From Naegleria gruberi (Eukaryota): a stretch of DNA of 64,000 nt. The stretch lies in assembly GCA_000004985.1 (NCBI GenBank), contig GG738859.1. The stretch is one strand, 5' to 3'. A program made the translations under genes and the position numbers. Of this stretch, positions 11,241-25,600 are shown in pieces (the stretch's first letter is position 1; each line of letters begins with the position of its first letter). The notes under the pieces are model-generated. The model was not told the origin of the DNA, made no database searches, and saw only the letters and a program-made list of their open reading frames with translations.

Positions 11241-12705
11241 ATGTCCAAATCTGAGTGGAAATTTCAACAAGTTTTTGGTGATAACAAAAGCGAAGAACCT
11301 GTAGATGGTATAGTATCATTTATTTTCTTATTGTTGTTCTAATGAACTTTTGTTTTAATTTTTTTCTTTTCACAACAATAACAAATTAATTCCTAAACAC
11401 TTTACCATTGGTAAACAGATGATATAATATCAGCATTGGAGTTTGACCGTACTGGTAACTACCTTGCTATTGGTGATAGAGGTGGAAGAGTAGTTGTGTT
11501 GCAACGAAACCAACAAAAGAGGAAAGTTGGAGCGGAATATGGTGTAATGACGGAATTTCAAAGTCATGAAGCCGAATTTGACTACTTGAAGAGTTTAGAA
11601 ATTGAAGAGAAAATTAACAAAATCAAGTGGTATCCATCTAAATGTAATAATAATCTCTTTTTATTAACAACAAACGGTATGTAATTTAAAGTTATATTGT
11701 ATTGTTGTTAACATTTAAACAGACAAGACAATTAAATTTTGGAAGGTTCACGAAAAGCAAAACAAAAAGATTTCCAATCTTAACTTGAATGGTAACATTA
11801 GAAGCGTGAGCGATATTAAGGAATTGAAGATACCATCTGTAAACAAGGCTGAAAATGTTATTTCTCACACACCTAAGAAAATTTTTGCCAATGCACACGC
11901 TTACCACATTAATTCCATCTCTTTCAATACCGATGGAGAAACATTTTTATCAGCTGATGATCTTCGTATCAATTTGTGGCATATTAACCATCAAAAGGAA
12001 AGTCACAACATTGTAGATATAAAGCCATCCAATATGGAAGATTTGTCAGAAGTTATCACCTCTGCTTCATTCCACCCTGAACAATGCAGCACATTTTTGT
12101 ATAGTAGCAGTAAGGGTACGATAAAGTTGGGTGACTTGAGACAATCTAGTACTTGCAGTTCATATGCCAAGGTATTCGAAGTTGAAGAAGATCCATCAAG
12201 CAAGACTTTCTTCTCTGAAATTATTGCCTCTGTTTCCGATGCTCAATTCAGTCCAGATGGTAGATATATCCTTTCAAGAGATTACATGACTCTTAAATTG
12301 TGGGATGTCAAGATGGAAAATAGGCCTTTGAAGGTATTTAACATGCATGAAGGTTTGCGATCAAAATTATGCGATCTCTATGAAAATGATTGTATCTTTG
12401 ATAAGTTTGAATGTTGTTTCAGTGGTGATGGTAGTCAAATCTTGACTGGTTCTTACAAGAATCATATCCATGTTTATGATAAACAAGGAAAGAATCATGA
12501 TCACTTTGAAGCCTCTCCAACCCCAACAATCAAGAAACAAAAAAAGTCAACAGGTCTTTTGACAAGGAAAAGCAAGAAGGAAGATCAATTCGAAGTCTCA
12601 GACTTTTCCAAGAAGTGTCTTCACCTCACTTGGCACCCAACTGAAAATATTATTGCTGTTTCATCAGTGAGCAGTCTCTACATTTTTGCTCAAAATAATA
12701 TTTAA
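11241..12705 (+). CDS. PPP2R2: Protein phosphatase 2A regulatory subunit B (B55/PR55, WD40); 3 exons
   Basis: Exon 1 (11241..11307) is [22 protein letters not shown]. The first intron is GTATAG...AAACAG. Exon 2 (11419..11676) is [28 protein letters not shown]...[26 protein letters not shown]...LLTTN. The second intron is GTATGT...TAAACAG. Exon 3 (11723..12705) is [12 protein letters not shown]...[33 protein letters not shown]...[13 protein letters not shown]...[11 protein letters not shown]...[24 protein letters not shown]...[14 protein letters not shown]. This is near-collinear with animal and yeast B55/Cdc55. Confidence 0.9.
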
Positions 12706-12940
12706 AATTCATGTTAATAAAATTAGTATTATTCTTGACAATTTAAACAGTAACTAAGTGAAATAAGATGTAAACATTATCCAAAAGGTCAATGCTTAGG
12801 AAGGAAAGTGAAAGCTTCTTGTTTTGGAACTTAAGTCATTTCACACAAGTGAAAATGAGAGAAAAGATGAAGGAATTCGGATTTTCAAAAACACAAACAT
12901 TTCAAGTATGATTAATTTTAAAAGTTTATTTTGAATAAAT

Positions 12941-13261
12941 TTATTCTTGCTTTCTCTTTGGCTTCATTGGTGGAGCTCTGACCTTTCTACCATCCTTAGA
13001 ACGGACACGAACAATTCTACCGTGGATAGCACAAGAGACACAGTAATGGAGCTTCAAGTACATCTTTGGCAATTCATATTCTTCATAAGCAGAAGCGTCA
13101 CCAATATCCTTGACAGCAGCAGATTCAACAATGCTTCTAACCAAGAACTTCTTGATGGACTTATCCTTTGGGACGCTCTTACCGCAGTTATCACATCTGA
13201 CGGCTCTAGTCTTACCTCTGTTAACCAAAGCTCTACCGTTATTCTTTCTCTTGCTAGTCAT
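12941..13261 (-). CDS. RPS26: 40S ribosomal protein eS26
   Basis: The 106-aa [56 protein letters not shown]...[21 protein letters not shown] is collinear with eukaryotic RPS26 (zinc-binding Cys pattern C-x2-C ... C-x2-C). Confidence 0.9.
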   Translation of the reverse strand: MTSKRKNNGRALVNRGKTRAVRCDNCGKSVPKDKSIKKFLVRSIVESAAVKDIGDASAYEEYELPKMYLKLHYCVSCAIHGRIVRVRSKDGRKVRAPPMKPKRKQE

Positions 13262-13657
13262 TCTTTGTGGTGTAAGTAAAAAAAGCGAGAAGAGTGATAA
13301 CTTACTTGTTTGACGATTTTTTTTTCAACAAGATTTCTAAATTTTTGCGGTTAACCACTTGCTGGTTGTTATTACAATAAAAATTTTTGGCTGGGGAAAA
13401 TAACAAAAATGCTTTGATGGCAAACAGCAAGCCTTCAATATTTGCCAAGCAATAACCAGCAAAACTTTATCATAACAAAACCCGAACCTAGATATCTTAT
13501 TATTGGATGATGTATTGTGAGTGTTTGATAAATTTCAAACACGAAAACTCACAATAGAGGTTGTATTTAAAAATAGTTGTTCGTGGTGGAAAGAAAATCA
13601 AAATTTCTTCGTTGTTGTATGGTGAATGGCGCCAAATGATGTTTACAGACAAAAAAA
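13262..13657. promoter_or_regulatory. Divergent promoter spacer between RPS26 (-) and the dynein heavy chain gene (+)
   Basis: This ~400-bp AT-rich region lies between two divergent start codons. A GTAAGT...CAAAG element just upstream of the RPS26 ATG could be a 5'UTR intron; this was not verified. Confidence 0.3.
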
Positions 13658-16600
13658 ATGAAAAAAGGCTTCCATAACAACTTTTGGACTGGCTCAAACA
13701 ATGATGAAGGCAATGCCTCAAACAGCCAGAACAGAAGAAAACCGGAAGAGTTATCCGCAAAAGCAGAACAATCCAAGTTTTCTAAAACACTCAAAACAAG
13801 ATTGTATTCAAATAGGGATGAAAAACTAAGTCAAGGATCTGATAACATTTCCTTCGCCAAAACAACAAACATTCAAAAACCAAAGGAAATTAAATCAGAA
13901 CAATTTTCATCGACTCAGAAGAGAATGAAACCAAATGACTTGGACTTCTTCAACAAACCAACAGATGAAACAATGCAACTTGTAAATATTAGGAGTCCAA
14001 CACCACAAAATAGGATTGAGGAAGGTGAAATCAAAAGAGAGGCCTTTGACAAATCAACAATAAGATTAAAACCTCTATCATCACAATCACCAAGACTAGA
14101 AATGGATGATTCAAATCCATTGAATCCTCTTAAAAAATCGCCAATGTGGTTCATAGGTTGGTATTTTATTGATTGTTAATATTTTCTTACATTTAAAAGA
14201 ACGACTAAAGAAAAATCCATCCAGTATGGAATATGTCTATCTAGTTCCGTATCAAGATGAAACAAATGAACCTTATAACCCATACAAACTACAAATAGTA
14301 TCACATGCATCAATAGCAGATAAACCAGATTATTATACGCTGAGTGCAACTGGTGTGACACACTTTATTAATGGAGAAGCAGGTTAGTATCAATTTTTTC
14401 GTTCTATTTCATTGAATATTCAATATTTTAGATTTTACTCCATTAACTAGATGGGTTCAAGAACATGATACTTTCCAAAAGATACTCAAAATCAAATTCT
14501 TTGCTAATTTCAGAAAGTGGAAAGCCTTTTATTTCTTTAAAAAGTTGATAACCAGGAAAAAGAGAGCTATTTCTTCTGCTACATTAAACGAAAGACTCTT
14601 TTTCATCAATAATAACAAATCACTAAGAGATATCAGATTAGAATGTATTAAAATAACCGAGTTGGAATTATTTAAAGATAACAAGGGTGAAACCCTAACA
14701 GTTGAAGATTTTACAAAGAGGCAAGAATTACAAAAAGAAGAAGTTAGTCGACAATTGATCGATATTTGTGATGTAATTGCTGATATGATTTACGAAGCTT
14801 GTAGAGATACTATGATTGATGCAGGATTTGGAGACCGATTTGGGGATTTGGATCAAATTCCGGATATTGAACAAAAAAATAAGGATAATGGAAGTACTTT
14901 TGGTTTTGGAAAGAATGAAGAGGAAAATGATGATGAATTCGAAGAAAAGACATCAGTAAATAGATCAATGAGATCTATCTCTGCTAAGAAAGGGAGCAGA
15001 AATAACCTCACAAGTAATTTCCAATCATTCAATATGACATATACAGAAAAATCCTTAAAGAGAAAAGTTTGCAAGAGAATTATTAGTTTTATTAGGTTAT
15101 GCGACTTTTTGGTTTTAGATTCATTGATTGAACTTGTCGAAAAATCTGTTGAAAGAATTTTGCACAAGATTGTTACACTTTCTGAGAATAGTGACAAGAA
15201 CATTGAAGAAGAAATTATGCAGCTAGGTTTAATAGGAACTGAAGATTTAGAAATTGTTCCATTATTTAAAGTAGACATTAGATTCTCTGATCAAAAATTA
15301 CAAATTCTTCCTTCTAAGGAACAATTCGATAAGAGAGTCTCTAAAGTTATTGAGGGATTTTTCGAGGCAATTAGACTTGACAAATTCATTACTAGAAAGA
15401 AATTTGAAGAATACACTGACCCTGTTATTAATGATAAGGGTGCTGATGCTATAGTAAGCGAGGGAATCACAGTTAAAGAAAGAATAACAAGAAGAGAATC
15501 GTATGACAGATTATTGAAGAGTATCAAAGAAACACTTTCTATTGCCTTCAAAGATGTTGAAAAATACGCAAAAGAATACGAACCAATCAAGGTCAAATAT
15601 TTAGAAAACAAGGAAATGTTAGAGACTGAGGTATCTTCTTTAAAGGAAAAAGATTTGCCATTGGAATGGTTCCAAGACGAAATGAACAAGTACAAACATC
15701 AGGATAGAGAGGTTAAACAAATGAGAACATACAAGTATAAGGGAATTTTCTATGTAGATACACAAATGCTAAAAGAAACCTTCTCTCCTTCACCAACAGA
15801 ATGTCTTAAGAAGTTACACATTATTCTTCCAGAATTGTCAAAGGACAAGAATCAAATACTGTACAAAAAATTGGAAAAAGCCATGGAAAGGTTTAAGGCT
15901 TTCCCTGCATCTGTTGAGGACTTTGTAGAATTTTTAAGATTTGTTGAAAAAACAGTCGCTAGTCTGGATGAGTTGGAGACTGAATTCAAGACAGTATCTG
16001 ATTTCTATAAATTAATGGATGATGAGAAAGTTAAGGTTCCAGTGGAAGATAAGAACTTTTTCCAAGATTTTACTGTTTCTACCATATCTACTCTTAGGTC
16101 TTCAATCAGTAGAGCTGAAGACAGCAAAGAAGATCGTATCAATAAGTTCTCTGTCGATCTTAAGAGAAAGATTGATGATCTTAGAGGAGAAATACAAGAT
16201 TTCTTGGAGAAATCAAAAGATCCTATGGTTTCAGATGTAAATTATGCAGATAGTAGGGATAGAATCGAGGACGTAATATCATACCTTATGGATCTTAAGA
16301 ACGGTATGGATAAGGCTCAAAAGAGATCAATAGAGTTGATAGGATATCAAGAACTATTCAAGGTTAAAACTGATAGTATTGATGAAATGCCAATTATTGC
16401 CAAAGAAATTGATCACAAACTCAAACTTTGGACTACCATGAGAAGCTGGAACGATTTTGAATCAGAAAACAAATGTAAAATTTTCAAGGATGTTTCTGCA
16501 GAAGAGGTTAAAAGAAATATTGATAACTTCCAATATACAGCCTCATTCTTGCAAAAGAATTCAGAGGAGGAAAATCCTGTTACAAAGAAACTCTCAGATT

Positions 16601-19600
16601 ATACTGACAACTGGCGATTGGTACTTCCAATCATTGAAGATTTGAAGAATGTCTCTCTTAGAACAAGACATTGGAGAATTTTGGACAATATTGTTGGATC
16701 CACCATATCCGAGAAGAACTTTGAGCTGTCTCTATTGTTCGATTCTGATATTATTGAAAAGAGAAAGAGAATTCAAGAAATTTCTGAACAAGCTTCAAAT
16801 GAAGCTTCACTGGAAGAACAGCTCAAGAAGGTCAAAGAGAACTGGTTCAAATCAGAATTCCCTATCGTTTCACATAAGGATATGACAATTATTGGAAGTG
16901 TTGAAGATATCATGTCATTGTTAGAAGATGACAGAATTGTTCTCTCAACAATTTTAAGTTCAAGATTTGTTACAGCCATCAAGGATCAAGTTGAAGAATT
17001 ATTCAATGATCTCAATTTGATATACTCTACTATTCAAGAAATTATTTATTGTCAAAGAAAGTGGATGTACCTCGAAAATGTTTTTGTATCTGCAGATATT
17101 GCTGCAGAATTGAAGGAAGATCACAAATTATTTGTTTCCATTGACAGATTCTATAAGGAAGCAATGAAGAGGGCAAAAGAAGTTAAGAATGTACACAGAG
17201 TTATTATTGGTGCTGAATCCTCTGTTAAGAGTGGTTTATACGACAAGTTGAGAGTACATAATACTCACCTTGATAGAATTGAAAAGAGTTTGGAAGAATA
17301 TCTTAAGAAGAAGAGAAATCTTTTCCCAAGATTCTACTTCTTGTCCAATGAAGACTTGATCGATATTTTATCGCACACAAGTAACCCACAAGCTGTTCAA
17401 CCATATTTACCACAATGTTTCGAAGGTATGAAAACTCTTGACATTGATTCATCCAAGTACGTAAAGGGTATGATTTCTAAGGAAGGAGAAAGAGTTCAAT
17501 TTGTTTCCACTACAACAAGAGCCGACGATGTAGTTGAAGACTGGTTAAGAGAAGTAGAACAACACATGTTCGACACTCTTCGTCAATTTATGAAAAGAGC
17601 AGTCAGAGATTATCCAAAGAAGGAGAGAACAGTTTGGATGAGAGACCATATTGCTCAAGTTGTATTGACTGTTTCTCAAATTTATTGGAGTTATGATGTT
17701 ACAAATTGTCTTACTTCAGAAAATCCAAGAAAGGAACTAGAAAAGTTTTACGACAAATCTATTGCTTTGCTTAATGATTTAGCTTATTTAACCAGAACAA
17801 AACTTTCATCGAATGAAAGAAAGCTTATTGGTACAATGATTATTTTGGACGTCCACGCCAGAGATGTCATTAAGGCTATGATTGAAGAAGGTGTTAATGA
17901 TGTTAATAACTTTGGTTGGTTGAAACAACTTAGATTCTATTGGGAGTCTGATGTTGATGATTGTATTGTTAGACAATCTAATTCAGTATTCAGATATGGA
18001 TATGAATATGGTGGCATTCAATCTAGACTTGTTATTACACCTCTAACCGATAGAGTTTACATGACTTTAACAGGAGCTCTTCACCTTAACCTTGGTGGCA
18101 GTCCTGAAGGACCTGCTGGTACAGGTAAAACTGAATCTGTAAAGGATTTGTCTAAAGCTTTGGCTAGACCTTGTGTAGTTTATAACTGTTCTGAAGGTGT
18201 TACCTATACAATGATGTACCAATTTTTCAGTGGTATTGTTCAAGTTGGTGCCTGGGCTTGTTTTGACGAATTTAACAGAATTAATGCTGAAGTGTTATCA
18301 GTTATTGCTACTCAATTACTCACTATTCAAGATGCACTAAAGGCTAAAAAGACAAGATTCATGTTGGAAGATGATCAAGAAATTTCTTTGAGACATACTT
18401 GTGGTGTTTTTATTACTATGAATCCTGGTTATGCTGGTCGTACTGAGCTTCCAGATAACTTGAAGGCTCTTTTTAGACCAGTGGCTGTCATGTTACCTGA
18501 CTACAGAATGATTGCCGAAGTTATTTTATTCTCTGAAGGTTATCAAGATGCATTACCTCTCTCTAGAAAGATGACACAATTGTACAAGTTGTCTAACGAA
18601 CAGCTTTCTACACAAGATCACTACGATTTCGGTATGAGAGCTATGAAATCAGTACTTGTTATGGCTGGTGAATTGAAGAGAGCTAATCCTGATTTGAGTG
18701 AAAGCACAACTTTAATGAAGGCCATGATTGACAGTAACCTTCCAAAATTCGTCCAAGAAGATATTTCACTTTTCCAAGGTATTGTTTCAGATTTATTCCC
18801 AGGTATTCAAGCTCCAGAAGAAAAACATGGTGAATTGGAAGTTGGTTTTAGGGATATTATTGCCAGAAAGGGTCTTGAACCTGTGCCGAACTTTATCAAG
18901 AAAGTTGTACAGTTTTATGATACATTAGTGATTCGTCATGGTGTTATGTTAGTTGGACCAACTGGTGGTGGTAAATCTGAAATCAGACATGTTCTCTATG
19001 ATACTATGAACTACCTAAAGGAAGAAAAACGATCAAACTCCTCTAGTGTATACAAAGTTCAACAATACCTTTTGAATCCAAAATCAATTACATATGGAGA
19101 ATTGTATGGTGTTCTTAATATGACTACCCAAGAATGGTTTGATGGTTTAATCCCGTACTTTGCAAGAAAAGCTACCAAGGACACATCTGAAGACAAGAAA
19201 TGGATTATTTTTGATGGCCCTGTTGATACTCTCTGGATTGAAAGTATGAACTCTGTTTTGGATGACAGTAAGCTTCTTTGTTTAGATAATACTGAGCGTA
19301 TCCAATTGAATGATAAGATCAGCTTCATATTTGAGGTTCAGGATTTGGCTGTAGCTTCTCCAGCTACAGTCAGTAGATGTGGTATGGTTTTCGTGGATCC
19401 AGTTGAATTGGGTTGGAAGCCATATGTTTCATCGTGGTTGAGAAATTCTACCGTTTCTGCTTTGAGCTCGGAAAATAAGGATGTATTAGAAAAGCTCTTT
19501 GATGATTATGTTCAAGACGGACTTGATTTTATCAGAAATGAATGTTTTGAAGAAGTGCCAAGTAATAATTTGAACTTGGTTACAAGTTTGTGTGGTCTTA

Positions 19601-22600
19601 TTGATTCATTATTTGTGGATCATAAGGAGAAATTAGATGGAGAGAAGACAAAGCAACTTGTAAACTTTGTATTCCTTTTCTGTTATATTTGGTCTATTGG
19701 TGCCAATATTGTTGATGAATCCATGGAGAAGTTTGATAGATTTGTTAAAGAAAAGTTCAAGAAGGCTAATATTGTACCATCCAATGGATCTGTTTATGAC
19801 TTCTTTGTAGATTTCGAGGCAGTCTCTTTTACTACATGGGAAACCTTGAAACCTACATTCTCCTATTCAGGAAATGTTCCATTTTATGAAATTATTGTCC
19901 CAACAGTTGATACTGTTAGATATTCATATCTCATTAAGACCTTACTTAAAAATGAAAAGCCAGTTTTGTTCAATGGTAAGACTGGTGTTGGTAAGACCTC
20001 TATGATATTCAATGCACTTCAAAACTTTGAATTTAAACATAAGGGTGAATCATTTGCAACTGAACTTGTATCAGTTCAATTTTCAGCAAGAACCGATAGT
20101 GGAAGAACTAGAGAAATGATAGAAAGTAAACTTGTGGAAAAGAAGAAAGCTCTTTATGCGCCACCAGGAAAGAAGGTTGTTATATTTATTGACGACCTCA
20201 ATATGCCTAATCTTGAACAATTTGGTGCTCAACCTCCAATTGAACTTATTAGACAAATGATTGGATGTGGTGGTTTCTTCGATGTTTCTAACAGAGAAGA
20301 ATTCCCTTGGAAGATGGTTCATGATTCTACTGTTGCAGCTGCATGCGGTCCTCCAGGAGGTGGTAGAAATCCAACAACACCAAGATTAATAAGATTATTC
20401 CACCTCTTTAGAGTACCTGAATTGTCAAAGAATAGTATGACTTTAATCTTTGAAAGTATTCTTGATGGATTCTTTACATTCAACTCTTTCAGTGAAGATA
20501 TTAGAAGTTCAACAAAACCAATAGTTAAAACAGCTATTGATTTGTATGGTAGAGTTTGTGATAGATTCAGACCAACTCCAAGTTGTGCTCACTATTCTTT
20601 CAACTTAAGAGATTTATCAAAGATTTTCCAAGGTATTGTTCAAGTTAAACCTTCTATGAAGGATTCAAATCAATTCCTTAGGCTTTTTGCCCACGAATCT
20701 TGTAGATGCATGTTTGATAGATTAATTAACTTTAAGGACAGAACTGACTTCTCCGCTATCCTTATTGAACTCTTAAAGAGGTACTTTAAAGGACAGAACT
20801 GGGAAGATTCTGATTTCTTAGGTGATAGAGCTATTGCATTTGGTAATTTCATGGAAAATGGAGATAGTGAGGAAAAGCCATATGTCCAACTCAATTTGGA
20901 TAAAATGCAAACTGAGCTTGATGATTACCAAATGAGATACAATCTCAATAATACAGGACAACTTGATCTTGTTTTCTTCCCTGATGCCGCAAAGAATATT
21001 ATTAGAATTGCCAGAATTTTATCTCAAAAGAGAAGTAACGCGTTATTGATTGGTGTAGGTGGTTCTGGTAAACAAAGTCTCACTCGTCTTTCCTCTTTCA
21101 TTGCAGGATATAAAACATTTGAAATTAACCTCAAGAGAAATTATGATATTGATGACTTTAGAGAAGATCTCAGAAGTTTATTTAGAATGGCAGGAGGTGT
21201 TGAAGGAGGACCAATGGTATTCCTCATTACAGACTCCCAGATTGTTGATGATGCATTCCTTGAGGATGTTAATAATATTTTGAACTCTGGTGAAGTTCCA
21301 AACTTATTCCCTTCTGATGAAAAGGAAAAGCTTATTAATGAACTCAGACCATTAGCTCAAAAAGCAGGTATTACAGAAACTAGAGATGCTATTTATGCCT
21401 ATTTTATCAGAAGAGTCAGAGATAACCTTCACATTGTTATTTGCATGAGTCCTGTTGGTGATGATTTCAGAAGAAGAATCAGAATGTTCCCATCCCTTGT
21501 TAACTGTACCACTATTAATTGGTTTGATGAGTGGCCAGCTGTTGCGTTAAGAGGTGTTGCTCAAAGAAAGTTTGAGAAGATCAATGTTGGTAATGAGCAT
21601 ATTAAGCAAAAGCTTGTAGACACCTGTGTATTAGTACATAGTGATATTACAGAAATAACAAAGAGGTTTGAGGATGAAACAAGAAGAAAATTCTATATTA
21701 CTCCTTCTCATTATTTGGAATTTATTAATTTCTATGGTGAATTATTGGAAGAGCAACGTCTTGAATTAAAGGAAGCAAAAGACAAATTGCAAAAAGGTCT
21801 TTTCACTCTCCAAGAAGCCAATAACAAAGTAGCCTCTTGTGAAAAAGAAATTGAAGAACTTCAACCAATATTAGAACAAAAGACAATCGAAAATGCAGTT
21901 ATCACCAAAGAGGTTATGGAAAAGAAAACACAAGCAGACAAAGACAATGAAATTATCTCTGCAGAAAAGAAGGAAATTGACGAAAAGGCTAAAGTTGCTG
22001 AAGCAATGAAAAGAGATGCTGATGATAAGTTGAAGGATGTTTTACCAGCTCTGGAAGAAGCTGAAAAGGCTGTCAGTGAAGTTGGTGGACCTGAATTGAA
22101 CTTGATTAGATCATATCAAAATCCTGTACAACCAATTAAGGTCACTTTAGAAGGTGTATTGATTTTGTTAGGCGAAAAGAAAACTGATTGGGAAGCTGCC
22201 CAAAAGGCTATGAGCTCTATGGACTTTAAGAAGAGAATTCTTTCCTTCAAGGAAACTATGAAGGAAAAGATGACTCCTCAAATTATAGCTAAAATCAAGA
22301 AATTGATGAAGGATGAAAACTTTACAGAAGCAGTTGTTTATAAGGCCTCTGGACCTGCTGGTTCTTTGTGTAAATGGGTTAGAAAGATGATTGAATACTA
22401 TGAAGTTGAAAAAATCGTACAACCATTGATGGACAGTGCTGCTGCTGCTCAAGAAGAATTAGAAAAGCTCTTGTCTACATTAAGAATCAAGGAATCAGAA
22501 TTGCAAAAGAAGACAGAATATCTTTATCAACTTCAACACCAACTTGAAGAAAATAGTAAGGAAAAGATTAGATTACAAGATCAAAAAGAAATTTCTGAAA

Positions 22601-25600
22601 GAAGACTTGTTGCTGCCAAGAAGCTTACAGTTTCATTGAAAGAAGAATATGAAAGATGGACCCTCTCTGTTGGAGAATTCGATGAAAGGATCAAGAATAT
22701 TGCTGGTGACATCTTTTTAGCCAGTGCTTTCATTATTTATTGTGGTCCATTAACTGCTCCTTACAGAAAAGAGTTACTCGATAAATGGTGTGGATATTGC
22801 AAGGATCAAGGTATTCCATTTAGTGACAACTACTCAATTGATAAGGTAATTGCTGACCCTATTGGTATCAGAGATTGGGGCATGCAGGGCTTGCCGATGG
22901 ATAATTATTCCATCCAAAACGCTTTAATAGTTACCAAGACAAAGAGATGGCCGCTTCTCATTGATCCTCAAGAACAAGCAAACAACTGGATTAAGAATAT
23001 GGAAAAGGGTAACACACTCAAGACATTGAAACAATCTGAAGATAACTATATCAAAACTCTGGAAAGTTATATCACAACCGGTAAACCTGTAATGGTCGAA
23101 GGACTTTCAGAAAAAATTGATCCAACACTCCAACCAATTTTGAGTAAGGAAGTTTTCAAGAGTAAGGGTAAATTAGTATTGAAGATGGGTAATTCTGAAA
23201 TTGACTTTAACCCATCCTTCAAGTTGTACTTGACAACCAAATTAGCAAACCCTCATTACTTACCAGAAATTTGTAACAAGGTAACTCTGGTTAACTTTAC
23301 AGTTACTTCAAAGGGTTTGGAAGACCAATTACTTGCAGATGTAGTCAGAATTTTGGAATCAAGTCTTGAAGAAGAAAGAGACAGGCTTATTGTTAGTGTC
23401 GCCGACGACAAGAAAACTTTGAAGAAGATTGAAAAGAAGATTTTGGATAGCTTGTCATCGGTCAAAGAGGACGAAAATATTCTTGACAAGACTCAAATTA
23501 TCAAATCTCTAGATGACTCTAAGAACACCTCTAATGTCATTAAAGACAGAGTTAAGATTGCTGCCGAGACAGAAATCAAGATTGAACTTGCCAGAGAAAA
23601 ATATAGAAGCATCGCCTCTCGTGGTTCCATCCTTTACTTTGTTCTTGCAGATTTGGCAAAGATCGATCCTATGTACCAATATTCTCTTGAATATTTTAAG
23701 GATATTTTCAATAAGTGTATTAGAATTACCAAAGATCAACATCCTTCATTAACCACAGACCAATTGCTTCCTATTTTAATAACCAACGTTACCGAATTTA
23801 TCTTTACAAACGTTTGCAGAGGTCTATTTGAGAAGGACAAGATTATTTTCTCCTTCTTGATTTGTGCAAGGATTTTAATGTTTGGCCAAGTAATTGATGA
23901 AAATGAATGGTTATTATTCCTTAGAGGTGCTCCTTTAACATATGATAGTAAGAATGAACTATCTGAATGGATTTCTGATATATCTTGGAATTTACTTACA
24001 GCTTTAGATGCCGAAATTCCTCAATTAAAGGGAATAACTGCCTCAGTAACAGGCCATGTCTTCACATGGAAAAAGTTCTTTGAAGATAATGAATCTTTCA
24101 AAAAGGTTCTTCCTCTTAATTGGGAAGGAAAAATCAAACCTTTCCACAAGCTTCTATTAGTTAAATGTTTTGCAGAAGAGCAAGTTTTGTTGGCAAGCAA
24201 GGAGTTTGTCAAAAACAATTTGGGTGAATCGTTCATTAGACCACCAGGTTTAGATTTGGAAAAAGCTCTTAATGACTCAACCCCTAGTACTCCAATTACA
24301 TTCATCCTTTCCCAAGGTGCTGATCCTACAAGTATGTTAAAGAGATTCGCAATTGAAAAGAACCATGAGTTGCATATTAAATCACTTGGACAAGGCCAAG
24401 AAACATCAGCCAAGAAGCTTATTGAAAGAGGAAGAAAGAATGGTGAATGGGTTTTATTACAAAATTGTCACTTGTTTGTTTCATTTATGCCTACTTTGGA
24501 AAATATTATTGCTGAATTCTCATCACCAATGGCTGTTGTACATAAGGACTTTAGATTGTGGTTGACATCTATGCCTTCAAAAGATTTCCCTATCCCAATC
24601 CTTCAAAACAGTGTCAAGGTAACTAATGAACCACCAAAGGGATTGAGATCAAATCTCAGTAGAACTTATAATGAAATTACCGATGAATACTTTTATTCAT
24701 TCGAAGATGGAGAAGAATTCCCTGATTGCAGTAAGAAATTGGCATTCAGAAAACTGCTCTTTGGATTGTGTTTATTCCACGGTGTAATTCAAGAGAGAAA
24801 GAAGTTCGGTCCTTTGGGTTGGAATATTAAGTATGAATTCAACGATTCTGATTTGAGTGTTGCCCAACTTTGGTTGAAGATGTTCTTGAAAGAAAGGGAA
24901 ATTATTCCATGGGATTCATTGAACTATGTTATTGGTGAAATTGTTTACGGAGGAAGAGTAACAGATCCAAATGATAGAAGAGCCCTACTAACTATTCTGT
25001 CTCAATATTTTGAAAAGAAAATTTTATCAAATGACTTTAGGTTCGCTCCTAACGATATTTATAAGGTACCATCTAGTGATCCAATTGAAGATTACAGAAA
25101 TTTCATCCTAGCACTTCCAGATAATGACGAACCAGCCATCTTTAACATGCATCAAAACTCGAACATGGTATTCCAAATGCAAGAAACACAGTACCTTATT
25201 AGTACATCTATGGGTACCCAAGCATTAAGCTCTGGTGGTTCAAAGCAACATCAAATGGATTCTATTGTTCAAGAAATTGCAAACAGTAAGTATTATTATA
25301 CCATATTAATTCTAATTTTTCTTTTAGAAATTATTTCCAAACTTCCTGAAAATCTTAGTAAAGCAGAGGCAGGTAAGAACACATTTATCAGAACAGAAAA
25401 AGGTGCTCTTCACTCTCTTTCCACTGTTCTTAGCCATGAAATGATGAAGTTTAACAAGTTACTTGATACAATTAGAAGCACTCTTGTTGAGCTCCAAAAG
25501 GCCATGGCAGGTTTGGTATTGATGTCTGGAGAATTAGAAAAGACATTCAAGAGCTTATTGAACAATGAGGTTCCAGAGTTATGGGCCGCATATCCTTCAA

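Noticed and set aside
13500-13794. Two overlapping minus-strand ORFs (86 and 75 aa) upstream of the dynein gene
   Set aside because: They lie within the RPS26/dynein promoter spacer and the dynein 5' region. They are Phe/Leu/Cys-rich and overlap each other in different frames, so they are most likely spurious.
13658-14387. Treating ORF 13658..14179 and ORF 14169..14387 as independent small genes upstream of the dynein ORF
   Set aside because: They are joined to the 14545..26151 ORF by two short introns (GTTGGT...AAAAG and GTTAGT...TTTTAG). Together they give the conserved dynein N-terminal sequence YYTLSATGVTHFINGEADFTPLTRWVQEHDTF...; they are 5' exons of the dynein gene.
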